A stretch of 64,000 nt of DNA, taken from Thermoplasmata archaeon (GTDB lineage: Archaea > Thermoplasmatota > Thermoplasmata > Lutacidiplasmatales > UBA184). Position 1 is the stretch's first letter; each line of letters opens with the position of its first letter. The DNA is taken from assembly GCA_027315165.1 (NCBI GenBank), contig DAHUYN010000003.1:95846-159845 (forward strand), in the 5' to 3' direction. Positions 9,327-19,109 of this stretch are shown piece by piece. The notes beneath the pieces are model-generated. The model saw nothing but the letters and a program-made list of their open reading frames with translations, did not search any database and was not told the origin of the DNA. The position numbers were made by a program, and so were the translations under genes.

Positions 9327-10172
9327 GTGGGGTCGCGCGTTCCGTTCCGCCGCGTGCACCACCTCCTGGCCGTGCCGGCGACCGCGGGTGAGGCTCCCGA
9401 GCAGGAGTTCGTCGTCGACTCGGGGATCGGCGTGACACTGCTGTCGAGCGAGCTGTGCCGCGCGGCCGGCGCCCGAGAGCTCGGTACGGAGTTCACGGGA
9501 CGTCGGATGTCCGGCCAGTCGGTCTCGGTCCCGCTCGTACGGCTCCCCCGGCTCGAGGTCGGGGGGCGCCAGTTCGAGGACCTCGTCGTCGGCCGGTTCG
9601 ACCTCGGGGGCCTGCCCGAGGAGTTCGGTCCTGTCGGAGGTTTCCTGTCGCTCAACCTGTTCGAGCGGGTTCCGCTGCAGGTGCGCTACCACGAGTCTGA
9701 GCTGCTGCTCGACCCGGCCCTCCCCTCGACGGCGTCGGGGGCGGTCGGACGCGGCGAGGTCCCGCTCTCGGTCGAACGGGACGGCCCCTCGACGACGGTC
9801 TTTGCGGACCTCACGCTGCCCGACGGGTCGCTCGCCCACGTCGAGGTCGACATGGGCTCGGCGAGCCTGATCCTCGAGACGAGGTACCGGGCGAAGCTGG
9901 GGTTCGCCGAAGGGGCCGCGGACCTCCGGCGCGCCACGGGGCTCGACGAGACCGGCCACGAGTTCGTACGACACTTCGGCCGGCTGCGGGGTGCCGTCGC
10001 GCCGACCGCGGCCCCGAGCTTTTCCCAGCGCGACCCCGAGGTGATGTTCCAGGAGATCATCTACGACGGACTCCTCGGGGACGCCTACCTCCGGAACTGG
10101 GTCGTCACCTTCGACCTGCCCCGGTCGCGCCTCCTCCTCGAGCCGCCGGCCGCACGCGGCGCGTCGGCCTGA
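9327..10172 (+). CDS. Retropepsin-like aspartyl protease with two domains
   Basis: FVVDSG and VEVDMGS motifs, GFLSL and DGLLGDAYL, VTFDLPRSRL. GTG start with an SD-like GGAGG upstream. Confidence 0.8.
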   Translation: MGSRVPFRRVHHLLAVPATAGEAPEQEFVVDSGIGVTLLSSELCRAAGARELGTEFTGRRMSGQSVSVPLVRLPRLEVGGRQFEDLVVGRFDLGGLPEEFGPVGGFLSLNLFERVPLQVRYHESELLLDPALPSTASGAVGRGEVPLSVERDGPSTTVFADLTLPDGSLAHVEVDMGSASLILETRYRAKLGFAEGAADLRRATGLDETGHEFVRHFGRLRGAVAPTAAPSFSQRDPEVMFQEIIYDGLLGDAYLRNWVVTFDLPRSRLLLEPPAARGASA

Positions 10173-10252
10173 CGGGGCGGCCCCACGGAGGGTCGGCCGC
10201 ACTCCCGTCGCGTCCCCACCGGCGACAAATAGCGGTCGGGACTCCCTCGAAC

Positions 10253-11062
10253 ATGGCGACCGATGTGCGTTCGCCCGCGAGCCTCCACGCTCGGATGCCC
10301 GTCGTCTTCGTGGGCCACGGCAACCCGATGAACGCCGTCGAGGAGACCCGCTACGCCGCCGCGTGGCGAGCGCTCGGGGCGGCCCTGCCGCGTCCGAAGG
10401 CCGTCGTCTGCGTCTCGGCCCACTGGTACGTCGCGGGGACGCGGGTCACGGCGATGGCGCGCCCTCGGACGATCCACGACTTCGGGGGCTTCCCCGACGA
10501 GCTCTCGCGTGTCGAGTACCCGGCGCCCGGGGCGCCCGCGCTCGCGCGCGACCTGGCCTCGCGGCTCGCTCCGACCCGCGTCGAGCTCGACGAGAGCTGG
10601 GGGCTCGATCACGGCGCCTGGTCGGTCCTCCGCCGCCTGTACCCGGACGCCGACGTTCCCGTCGTCCAGCTGTCGCTCGACGAGACGCTCCCGCCCGAGG
10701 CCCACTACGCCCTCGGGGCCCGTCTCGCGCCGCTCCGCGAGGAGGGGGTCCTCGTCCTCGGCAGCGGCAATCTCGTGCACAACCTGCACGCGCTCTCCTG
10801 GGGGGAGCACCCGGCCCGGCCCTACGGCTGGGCCGTCGAGTTCGAGCGGACGGTGCGCGCCTTCCTCGACCGCGAGGACCCCGGCCCGCTCGTCCGGTAC
10901 GGTGCCCTCGGGCGTGCGGCCGCGCTCGCGGTGCCGACCCCTGATCACTACCTTCCGTTCCTCTACACGCTCGCGCTTCGAGCCCCCGGCGAGCCCGTCT
11001 CCTACCCCGTCGAGGGGATCGACCTCGGCTCGGTCTCGATGCTCTCCGTCCGCTTCGGCTGA
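10253..11062 (+). CDS. ygiD: 4,5-DOPA dioxygenase extradiol (YgiD/LigB family)
   Basis: FVGHGNPMNA, SAHW, TIHDFGGFP, WGLDHGAW, GSGNLVHNL and PTPDHYLP motifs. Confidence 0.92.
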   Translation: MATDVRSPASLHARMPVVFVGHGNPMNAVEETRYAAAWRALGAALPRPKAVVCVSAHWYVAGTRVTAMARPRTIHDFGGFPDELSRVEYPAPGAPALARDLASRLAPTRVELDESWGLDHGAWSVLRRLYPDADVPVVQLSLDETLPPEAHYALGARLAPLREEGVLVLGSGNLVHNLHALSWGEHPARPYGWAVEFERTVRAFLDREDPGPLVRYGALGRAAALAVPTPDHYLPFLYTLALRAPGEPVSYPVEGIDLGSVSMLSVRFG

Positions 11063-11112
11063 CCCGACTCGGCGCCCGAACAAGCCAAGAACCGCACGGT
11101 GCTCGCCGCCCC

Positions 11113-13806
11113 ATGAACCCGCCCGACCCGCTCGGCCTCGCCGAGCCGTTCCCGGACCCCGTGGGCCCCTCGACGATCTATCGGCTCGCGCGCCTTCCCG
11201 GCTACGACGCGAAGCGCTTCGCGCGACTTCCGCTCACGCTCCGCCTGCTCGCCGAGAACTGGGCCCGGCACTTCGACCCCCAGCGCGACAAGGTCGGCGA
11301 GCTCACCGCCCTCGTCCGCGGGGAGCTCCGAGCGTCCGAGTTCGAGCTCCCGTTCCATCCCGGTCGCGTGCTCCTCCAGGACTTCACGGGTGTCCCCGTC
11401 CTCGTCGACCTCACCGCGCTGCGGAGCGCCGCGGTGGCGCGGGGCCTCGCGCCGACCCGGATCAACCCGAAGGTCCCGGTCGACCTCATCGTCGACCATT
11501 CCGTCCAGGTCGACAGCTTCGGCTCGCCCCGCTCCCTGCTCGTCAATCTCGACCGCGAGTACGAGCGGAACTCGGAGCGCTACGGCCTCCTGCGGTGGGC
11601 GCAGCGCGCCTACGAGAACGTACGCGTTGTGCCCCCCGGGAGCGGGATCTGCCACCAGGTGAACCTCGAGCACCTCGCCTCCGTCGTCACGCGACGGCCC
11701 GCGGGAGGCCGCGAGGTCGTCTTTCCGGACACGCTCGTCGGGACCGACTCGCACACGACGATGGTCAACGGGCTCGGCGTCCTCGGCTGGGGCGTCGGCG
11801 GGATCGAGGCCGAGGCGGTGATGATGGGGGAGCCGTACTACCTCAGCCGTCCGGTCGTCGTCGGGGTCCGGCTCTCGGGCTCGTTGCCCGAGGGGGCGAC
11901 GGCCACCGACCTCGTGCTCACCGTCACGCGCGCCCTGCGTCGCCACGGGGTCGTCGAGAAGTTCGTCGAGTTCTTCGGGCCCGGCGTACGCCACCTCTCG
12001 GTCGCGGACCGGGCGACCCTCTCGAACATGTGCCCCGAGTACGGCGCCACGGCGGCGCTGTTCCCGATCGACGAGGCGACGGTCGCCTACCTCACGGCGA
12101 CCGGCCGGGACGCCGCCGACGTGACGCGCGTACGGGCCTACGCCGACCGGCAGGGGCTCTGGGACACCTCGGCCGTCACGGACCTCGCCTTCGACGAGCT
12201 TCTCGAGGTCGATCTCGCCACGATCGTGCCGACGCTCGCCGGGCCGAGGAACCCGGAGGAGATGGTGCCGCTCGCCGACGCCGCGAGCGCCTTCCGAACG
12301 AGCCTCGTCGGCTACCGGGGCGCGCACCCGACCCCGCGCGGCCACGACGAGCCCACGGCGCCGGCACCCGTCGCGGACGGCTCGGTCGTCATCGCGGCGA
12401 TCACGAGCTGCACGAACACCTCGAACCCGACCGTGATGGTCGGCGCCGGGCTCCTCGCGCGGAACGCCCGCGCGCGCGGGCTCGCCGTGCCGCCCTGGGT
12501 GAAGACGTCGCTCGCGCCGGGCTCGAAGGTCGTGACGGAGTATCTCCGGCGCGCCGAGCTGCTCGCCCCGCTCGCCGCCCTCGGCTTCGACCTCGTCGGC
12601 TACGGGTGCACCACCTGCATCGGCAACAGCGGTCCTCTGGCCCCCGAGATCGAAAGGAGGATCGTCGACGAGGACCTGTACGTCGCCGCCGTCCTCTCCG
12701 GGAACCGGAACTTCGAGGCGCGGATCCACAACCTCGTCCGGGCGAACTACCTCGCCTCGCCGATGCTCGTCGTCGCCTACGCGCTCGCCGGCCGCATGGA
12801 CCTCGACCTCACGCGCGAGCCGGTCGCGAAGGACCCGAGCGGGACGCCGGTCTACCTCAAGGAGCTCTGGCCGACGTCCGCGGAGATCCGTCGCCTCGTC
12901 GAGGCGAGCCTCGACCCGGCGATCTTCCGGGAGAAGTACCGGGAGATCACGGTCGGCGACGCGCACTGGGAGTCCCTTCCCGCCGAGGAGGCGCCGCTGT
13001 ATCCCTGGGACGACCACTCCACCTACCTCCGCAACCCCCCCTACTTCGACGCGCCCTTCGCCCCTCCTGTCGACGAGGCGACCTGGCTCGACGGGGCGCG
13101 GGCCCTCCTCCTCCTGGGCGACCGGGTCTCGACGGACCACATCTCGCCGGCCGGGGAGATCCCGGTGGAGAGCCCCGCGGGCCGCTACCTCGTGGCCCAC
13201 GGGGTCGCGCCGGCGGACTTCAACACCTACGGGACGCGTCGTGGGAACCACGAGGTGATGGTGCGGGGGACGTTCGCGAACGTTCGGATCCAGAACCACC
13301 TCGCGCTCCCGCGGGAGGGCGGCGTCACCCGGCACGTTCCCTCCGGCGACCTCTTGAGCGTCTACGAGGCGGCGGAGCGGTACCGGCAGGAGAAGGTGCC
13401 GCTCGTCGTCCTCGCGGGCGCGAGCTACGGCCAGGGAAGCTCGCGGGACTGGGCCGCGAAGGGGCCGATGCTCCTGGGCGTGCGGGCCGTCGTCGCCGAG
13501 AGCTACGAGCGGATCCACCGGAGCAACCTCGTCGGGATGCGCGTCGTGCCGTTCGAGTTCGCGCGCGGGGAAGGGTGGAAGGCCCTCGGCCTCGACGGCC
13601 GCGAGCGGTTCTCGTTCCGCCCCCGGGGCGGGCGCCTCTCGCCGCGCGGCGAGGTCGACGTCGTCGCGACCGACGGGTCCGGCGCGGTCGTGCGCGAGTT
13701 CCGCGTCCGCTGCCGCATCGAGTCCGAGGTCGAGATGGGCTACTACAACGCCGGCGGGCTCCTCCCCTACCTGCTCGAGAAGGCGGCGGCGCCGGGGGCG
13801 CCGTAG
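11113..13806 (+). CDS. acnA: Aconitate hydratase A
   Basis: LQDFTGVP, DHSVQVD, GICHQVNLE, GTDSHT; [4Fe-4S] cysteines in AITSCTNT and GYGCTTCIGN; TDHISPAG; GSSRDWAAKG. Confidence 0.97.
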   Translation: MNPPDPLGLAEPFPDPVGPSTIYRLARLPGYDAKRFARLPLTLRLLAENWARHFDPQRDKVGELTALVRGELRASEFELPFHPGRVLLQDFTGVPVLVDLTALRSAAVARGLAPTRINPKVPVDLIVDHSVQVDSFGSPRSLLVNLDREYERNSERYGLLRWAQRAYENVRVVPPGSGICHQVNLEHLASVVTRRPAGGREVVFPDTLVGTDSHTTMVNGLGVLGWGVGGIEAEAVMMGEPYYLSRPVVVGVRLSGSLPEGATATDLVLTVTRALRRHGVVEKFVEFFGPGVRHLSVADRATLSNMCPEYGATAALFPIDEATVAYLTATGRDAADVTRVRAYADRQGLWDTSAVTDLAFDELLEVDLATIVPTLAGPRNPEEMVPLADAASAFRTSLVGYRGAHPTPRGHDEPTAPAPVADGSVVIAAITSCTNTSNPTVMVGAGLLARNARARGLAVPPWVKTSLAPGSKVVTEYLRRAELLAPLAALGFDLVGYGCTTCIGNSGPLAPEIERRIVDEDLYVAAVLSGNRNFEARIHNLVRANYLASPMLVVAYALAGRMDLDLTREPVAKDPSGTPVYLKELWPTSAEIRRLVEASLDPAIFREKYREITVGDAHWESLPAEEAPLYPWDDHSTYLRNPPYFDAPFAPPVDEATWLDGARALLLLGDRVSTDHISPAGEIPVESPAGRYLVAHGVAPADFNTYGTRRGNHEVMVRGTFANVRIQNHLALPREGGVTRHVPSGDLLSVYEAAERYRQEKVPLVVLAGASYGQGSSRDWAAKGPMLLGVRAVVAESYERIHRSNLVGMRVVPFEFARGEGWKALGLDGRERFSFRPRGGRLSPRGEVDVVATDGSGAVVREFRVRCRIESEVEMGYYNAGGLLPYLLEKAAAPGAP

Positions 13807-13820
13807 CCGGCGGAGGTGCG

Positions 13821-14225
13821 ATGGGGCTCGAGTACACCGGGATCCGCGTCCGCGACCTCGCCCGGTCCCGTCGGTTCTACACCGAGGGGCTCGGCCTGCG
13901 CCCGGTCGCCTCGGGCCGGATGGCGGCGGGGGGCGTCTGGGAGGAGCTCGAGGACCCCGAGACGCACGCGCGGCTCGAGCTCAACTTCTATCCGGACGAG
14001 CCGCCCTACCGCGAGGGGGACGAGCTCGACCACCTGGGGTTCCGGGTCGACGACCTCTCGGCGACGGTCGACCGCCTCGTTCGGCTCGGGGCGAAGGTGC
14101 GGATCCCGCCGTTCGAGGACGCCGGCGTGCGGCTCGCGTTCCTGGCCGACCCGGACGGCGCCTGGGTCGAGCTCTACGAACGCCGCGAGGCGGAGGGCGC
14201 TCCGACCTCGCAATCGGTGGACTGA
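13821..14225 (+). CDS. VOC/glyoxalase family protein
   Basis: YTGIRVRDL..S..FY..GLG, LELN, LDHLGFRVDDL and DPDGAWVEL. SD GGAGGTG upstream of ATG 13821. Confidence 0.9.
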   Translation: MGLEYTGIRVRDLARSRRFYTEGLGLRPVASGRMAAGGVWEELEDPETHARLELNFYPDEPPYREGDELDHLGFRVDDLSATVDRLVRLGAKVRIPPFEDAGVRLAFLADPDGAWVELYERREAEGAPTSQSVD

Positions 14226-14313
14226 CGGCGGGGCCCTCCCGCGGGCGCGGCCAGTATATTAACGCGGGTCCGCGTGGGGAGCCGCGCGCGTCGCGAGCCG
14301 CGCGGACCTCGTG

Positions 14314-15990
14314 ATGGAAGAGCCCGAACCGTCTCTCCCGAAGGCCCGTCACTCGGTCGGACTCAGCTCGACCGGGGTCTTCGTCATCTCGCTCCTGATC
14401 CAGCTCCTCGGCTACATCCCGACGCACTTCTTCGCGCAGCACGTCGGCGCGAGCTCCGACGGCCGGGACGTCCTCGGGTTGTTCCAGCTGTTCCTGCTCC
14501 TCGCCTCCTCCGTGAACATGGTGGGGGACCTTCGGATCGGCTCGGCCTACACGTTCTACGTCGCCCGCGGCGAGACGCCGGGGACCGGGACGGCGACGTA
14601 CTTCTTCCTCCGCGCCGGGCTCGTCGCGGCCGCCGGCGCGATGGTCTTTGTGAGCGGGCCGCTGCTCGGCTATGCCCCGCTCCAGCTCGCGCCGCTGTTC
14701 GCGCTCTGGATGCTCTTGCCGATCCTCTGGAGCGTCTCGGCGGTCTACGCGCAACAGTCGGCCGCGCTGGGGCAGTCGATCAAGGGCCAGGTGCCCCTCC
14801 TCGTCGAGTCGGTCACGAGGACCGCCGCGCTGACGTTCGTCGCCGTCTGGTCGCTCGGCCTCGGGAAGGCGAGCTACTCCGAGGTCCTCGCCCCGATCAC
14901 CTACGCCTACCTGGTCGGCGCAGGGGCCTCGGCGCTCTACTCGGCCCCGGCCGTCCGTCGAACGATCCAGCGCTTCCGCCTCGAGGTCGCGAAGCGCTAC
15001 TTCCTCTACGCCTGGCCGCTGATGGCCAGCCTGATGCTCCTCTACCTCGCCAGCACGCTCCCGCAGTTCTTCGTCGCGGCCCACTACGGCCCGGGCGAGC
15101 TGAACATCTTCCTGGCGCCGAACGGCCTGCGCATCCTGCTCCTCTCGATCCCGGGCGCGATCGCCGTCCCGCTGTTCCCGCACCTCTCGGGCCTTCACAA
15201 GCGACGGGACTACGAGCTCATCCGGCAGCGCACGTGGGCGGCGATCCGCTACGCCGCGATCGTCACGGTGCCGCTCATCGCGGCGATGGTCGTCTACCGG
15301 GTCAACGTCCTCAACGACCTCTACCAGACCGCCTACGCCAACCAGGGCGCGCTCCCCCTGGTCCTCCTCGCGGTCTCCGGACTCCCGGCCGTGCTCGCGC
15401 AGATCATCGGCACGGCCCTGAACTCCGTCGGTCTCCAGCGGCTCGAGCTCTACCTCACGAGCCTGCAGGTGGCGCTCCTCCTCGTTGTGATGACGCTCCT
15501 GATGGCCCCGGTGGGGCTGCTCGGGCTGTCGGGCTCCGTCGCGGCGAGCGCGGCGATCTTGGTCTCCGCCTCCGCCGCGCTCGCGCTGAACGCCTACTTC
15601 ATGCACACGCTCCTCGGCGTGAAGATCCAGCTCCGGTCGGCGGGAACGATCGTCGTCGCCGCGGCCGCGAGCTTCTTCGTCGTCGGCCGCTTCAACGCCT
15701 TGATCGACATCCACGGCTTCCCGCTCCTCGTCGTCGGGGTCGCCCTCGGCGTCACCGTCTACGCGCTCGTCCTCGCCGGCGTCGGGGAGCTGTCGAAGGC
15801 GGACGTCCGGCTCCTCTCGGGCGCGGTCGGCCTCCCCGGACGCATCGGCGAGGCGCTCGCGAGGCTCTGCTGGCGCGCCGAGAGCTGGCCCGTGAACCCG
15901 ATGCCGGCGGGCGGCGCGGCGGGGCTCCGACCCCTCGACCCCTCGCTCGAGAGCCCGGGCCCCGAGCCCCCGCCGGACGACCGGAAGTAG
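14314..15990 (+). CDS. Polysaccharide biosynthesis flippase (Wzx/MATE-like, MOP superfamily)
   Basis: About 14 TM helices and an LFPHLS motif; TATATTAA upstream. Confidence 0.8.
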   Translation: MEEPEPSLPKARHSVGLSSTGVFVISLLIQLLGYIPTHFFAQHVGASSDGRDVLGLFQLFLLLASSVNMVGDLRIGSAYTFYVARGETPGTGTATYFFLRAGLVAAAGAMVFVSGPLLGYAPLQLAPLFALWMLLPILWSVSAVYAQQSAALGQSIKGQVPLLVESVTRTAALTFVAVWSLGLGKASYSEVLAPITYAYLVGAGASALYSAPAVRRTIQRFRLEVAKRYFLYAWPLMASLMLLYLASTLPQFFVAAHYGPGELNIFLAPNGLRILLLSIPGAIAVPLFPHLSGLHKRRDYELIRQRTWAAIRYAAIVTVPLIAAMVVYRVNVLNDLYQTAYANQGALPLVLLAVSGLPAVLAQIIGTALNSVGLQRLELYLTSLQVALLLVVMTLLMAPVGLLGLSGSVAASAAILVSASAALALNAYFMHTLLGVKIQLRSAGTIVVAAAASFFVVGRFNALIDIHGFPLLVVGVALGVTVYALVLAGVGELSKADVRLLSGAVGLPGRIGEALARLCWRAESWPVNPMPAGGAAGLRPLDPSLESPGPEPPPDDRK

Positions 15991-16055
15991 CCGGTCGAGG
16001 GGGTTTCCGCACCCCGTCCACGCCTTAAATACGGCCGTCCCGCTCGCCGCCGTCC

Positions 16056-16982
16056 ATGCCGACCGACGCGCTCGCGGCCCAGGAGGTCCGCAAGACCTAC
16101 CGCACGCGCGGCGGGCCGGCCGTCGAGGCGCTGAGCGGCGTCTCGATGACGGTCCACGCCGGTGAGCGCGTCGCGCTCCTCGGGCGCAACGGCGCCGGGA
16201 AGACGACGTTCCTCAAGATCGCGGCGACGCTCCTCCGGCCGACCTCGGGGTCGGTCTCGGTCTTCGGCCACGACGCGATCCGCGCGCCGGACGAGGTGCG
16301 ACCGATGATCGCGGTCGTCCCGCAGGAGGGAAAGCCGTTCTTCCACCTCACGCCCCGCGAGCAGGTCTACAGCTACCTGAGGGCCCGGGGCCTCACGCGC
16401 GCGACGGCGAAGGCGAAGGCGGAGCAGGCGCTCTCGGAGATGGGGCTCACGGAGGTCGCCGACCGCCTGAGCATCAACCTCTCGGGGGGACAGCGGCAGC
16501 GGACGATGGTGGCGACCGTCATCGCGACCTCGGCGCCGCTCCTCTTCCTCGATGAGCCGACGATCGGGATGGACCCGTTCGCCCGACGGAGCGTCTGGGA
16601 GTCGCTCCGCGCGCTCACGCGCCAGGGGTCGACGATCCTGCTCACGACCCATTACCTGGACGAGGCGGAGGCGCTCTCCGACCGGCTCTACATCGTCGAG
16701 CGGGGCCGGGTGCTCATCGAGGGGACCGCCGCCTCGCTCAAGCAGGGCATTGGCGGCAGTCTTCGCGTCTCGGTCGCCGACGGGGCGCGTCTCGCGCAAC
16801 AGTTCGCCTCCTTCGGCTCGTGCGTCACCGACGGGACCACGCTGCACGTGTTGATCGAGCCGCCGCGCCTCTCCGAGCTGCTCGACGTCGCGGTCCGGGC
16901 CCAGCTCACGGCGACCGTCGGTCCCGTGACGCTCGAGGAGGCGTTCCTCCGCGCCGTCGGCCGTTCGATCGACGAGGAGTGA
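16056..16982 (+). CDS. ABC-2 type exporter ATP-binding protein
   Basis: GRNGAGKTT, LSGGQRQR, LFLDEPT and LTTHYLDEAE motifs. Confidence 0.95.
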   Translation: MPTDALAAQEVRKTYRTRGGPAVEALSGVSMTVHAGERVALLGRNGAGKTTFLKIAATLLRPTSGSVSVFGHDAIRAPDEVRPMIAVVPQEGKPFFHLTPREQVYSYLRARGLTRATAKAKAEQALSEMGLTEVADRLSINLSGGQRQRTMVATVIATSAPLLFLDEPTIGMDPFARRSVWESLRALTRQGSTILLTTHYLDEAEALSDRLYIVERGRVLIEGTAASLKQGIGGSLRVSVADGARLAQQFASFGSCVTDGTTLHVLIEPPRLSELLDVAVRAQLTATVGPVTLEEAFLRAVGRSIDEE

Positions 16983-17737
16983 TCCTGATGGCGCTGCCGG
17001 CCCCGGCGTTCCGCGGCACCGTCGCCTTCTCGGCGGCGGAGAGCCGGGTCCAGCTCCACGAGGGGGTCGCGATCTTCTCCTCGATGATCACGCAGGCGGT
17101 CGTCCTCGTCTTCGTCTGGGTGCTGGCTCGAAGCCTGCTGCCCGTGGCCGTGTTCGGGGCGATCATCTTCTCGATGTTCACCTTCGGCCAGCGGGTCCTC
17201 AACGAAGCGGCCTACATCCGCGTCGACCACAAGCTCAACGAGCTCTACCTCGCCTCCCCGCTGACCCCGGAGTCCTACTTCCTCGGGATCGCCGTCGGCG
17301 TGCTCGTCGCCTACCTCGGTCCGACGCTCCTCCTCGTCGCGCTCGCCGCGCTGTGGGTCGGGTTCACTCCAGCGCTCGCCCTCGAGCTCCTCCTCACCGC
17401 GACGGCGGTGTGGCTGTTCTCCTCGTCCCTCGGCTACGTGCTGTCGACGCTGTTCCGCGACATGCGGGCGATCTGGTCGTACGCGGCGATCTTGTACAAC
17501 CTCTTCGGCGTCCTTCCCCCGGTCTTCTACCCGGTGGGCCTCTTCCCGGCCCCGTTGCGGCCGGTGGCGCTCGTCCTGCCGCCGAGCGCCGCCGCCGACC
17601 TGCTCCAGAACGCGCTCCACCCCGGCGTCCTGACCCCCGGCGAGGTCGGGCTCGCGGCCGCCGCGCTCGCGACGGCCTCTCTCGGGATGTTCCTCTTCGC
17701 GCTCGTCTGGGCCCGACGGACCGCGCAGGAGGCCTAG
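16979..17737 (+). CDS. ABC-2 type permease
   Basis: About 6 TM helices and PVFYPV..P motif. GTG overlaps the upstream stop (alternative ATG at 16988). Confidence 0.85.
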   Translation: MILMALPAPAFRGTVAFSAAESRVQLHEGVAIFSSMITQAVVLVFVWVLARSLLPVAVFGAIIFSMFTFGQRVLNEAAYIRVDHKLNELYLASPLTPESYFLGIAVGVLVAYLGPTLLLVALAALWVGFTPALALELLLTATAVWLFSSSLGYVLSTLFRDMRAIWSYAAILYNLFGVLPPVFYPVGLFPAPLRPVALVLPPSAAADLLQNALHPGVLTPGEVGLAAAALATASLGMFLFALVWARRTAQEA

Positions 17738-17738
17738 C

Positions 17739-18503
17739 GTGTCGCGCGCCTCGGTCCTCGACGTGCCGACGGAGGGCCGGGTCTTCCCGGCGTTCGCGCT
17801 CATCGGCTGGCGCTGGATCAGCCGCAACCCGGCGTCCGCGATCGCGCCGATCCTGCTCCCGTTCATCTTCCTCTACTTCCTCCACCTGATCGCCCCGGGG
17901 TACTTCGCCCTCGAGGTGCTCGGCGCGATGCTGTTCACCACGCAGAACATCGGCAGCTGGGTCCTCGGCGACTCGGCGACCTGGCGGATCGAGGCGGCGC
18001 TCCAGGACCTGTTCGTCGCCTCGCCGATGGGCAAGGTCCGCTACCTGTTCGGGATCGCCGTCTCGAACCTGATCCCCGCCGCGCCGGCGCTCGCGATCCT
18101 CACGATCCTGCTCGCGGTCTCGATCGGCCACGCCGTGCCCGTGACCGCCTGGCTGATCCTCTTGGGGACGATCCTGGTCGTGTGGCTCCTCTTCTCCGCG
18201 ATCGGGGTGGCGATGTCGAGCCGGCTCACGAGCCAGCGGGAGATCTGGCCCGTGGGCAGCCTCACGTTCACGCTCCTCGGGATGCTCTCCCCCTTGTACT
18301 ACCCGCTCTCGGTCCTGCCGGGGGCCTGGCAGACGGTGGCGCGGTTCCTGCCGACGACGTACGCCGCCCTGCTCGTGCAGGCGGCGTTCGGGATCACCTC
18401 GTCGACCCCGTGGGCGATGGCCTCGGACGGGCTCCTCCTCGTCGCGCTCGCCGGCCTCGGGACGGCCCTCGCGCTGTTCGCCTACCGCTGGAGGACCGGG
18501 TGA
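17739..18503 (+). CDS. ABC-2 type permease
   Basis: About 6 TM helices, SPLYYPLSVLP and LPTTYA; directly follows its paralog. Confidence 0.88.
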   Translation: MSRASVLDVPTEGRVFPAFALIGWRWISRNPASAIAPILLPFIFLYFLHLIAPGYFALEVLGAMLFTTQNIGSWVLGDSATWRIEAALQDLFVASPMGKVRYLFGIAVSNLIPAAPALAILTILLAVSIGHAVPVTAWLILLGTILVVWLLFSAIGVAMSSRLTSQREIWPVGSLTFTLLGMLSPLYYPLSVLPGAWQTVARFLPTTYAALLVQAAFGITSSTPWAMASDGLLLVALAGLGTALALFAYRWRTG

Positions 18504-18696
18504 GCCCCTTCGCCCGGGCGAGAGCCCCACCAGAAACGTTCATCCGTCCTGTCGGCATCGTTCGGTCGGTGCCCTTGGGTCCCGCACGACGCCCCGTCAC
18601 GCCCCGCACGACCGCGACGGTCGGCTCGGGGCGGGCGTCGGACGCCCTCACGTTCCGCTCTGTCGTCTCGAGGGAGCGGTAGGAAACAGCACTACG

Positions 18697-19014
18697 ATGG
18701 GGAACGACGAGTTCGACGAGATCCTCTCCGCCCTGGACCGAGAGACGGCCCGGATCCGCGTCCGCGCGGAGCCGCGCCGGTACAACAAGCCCGCGACGGT
18801 CATCTCAGGGTTCCCGCCGGGAGTCGACCTCGACGAGATCACTCGTTCGCTCAAGAACCGCCTCGCGACCGGCGGCTCGGTCGTCGACGGCGAGGTCTAC
18901 CTGCAGGGGGACCACCGGGCCCGGATCCGGGACGAGCTCTCGCGCCTCGGCTTCGACGCCGAGACGATCGAGGTCTCGAACGCCCAGCTCCCCAAGCGCG
19001 GCCGGCGCGGGTGA
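18697..19014 (+). CDS. Translation initiation factor SUI1/aIF1 family protein
   Basis: RRYNKPATVISG, LKNRLATGGSV and YLQGDHR SUI1 motifs. Confidence 0.92.
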   Translation: MGNDEFDEILSALDRETARIRVRAEPRRYNKPATVISGFPPGVDLDEITRSLKNRLATGGSVVDGEVYLQGDHRARIRDELSRLGFDAETIEVSNAQLPKRGRRG

Positions 19015-19109
19015 TCGGGGCCCCGGTCCCGCGCGCCGCTGTCCCCGCCCCCGACGCCGGTCCCCCCGAGACCGTATAGGGGCCGGGGGCTGCTCCCTTC
19101 GGGGGAACG

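Noticed and set aside
19085..19108. SRP RNA helix-8-like string (CCCGAAGGGAGCAG, minus strand)
   Set aside because: It lacks the 5' CAGG side, and there is no room for a roughly 300-nt SRP RNA in the 95-nt spacer.
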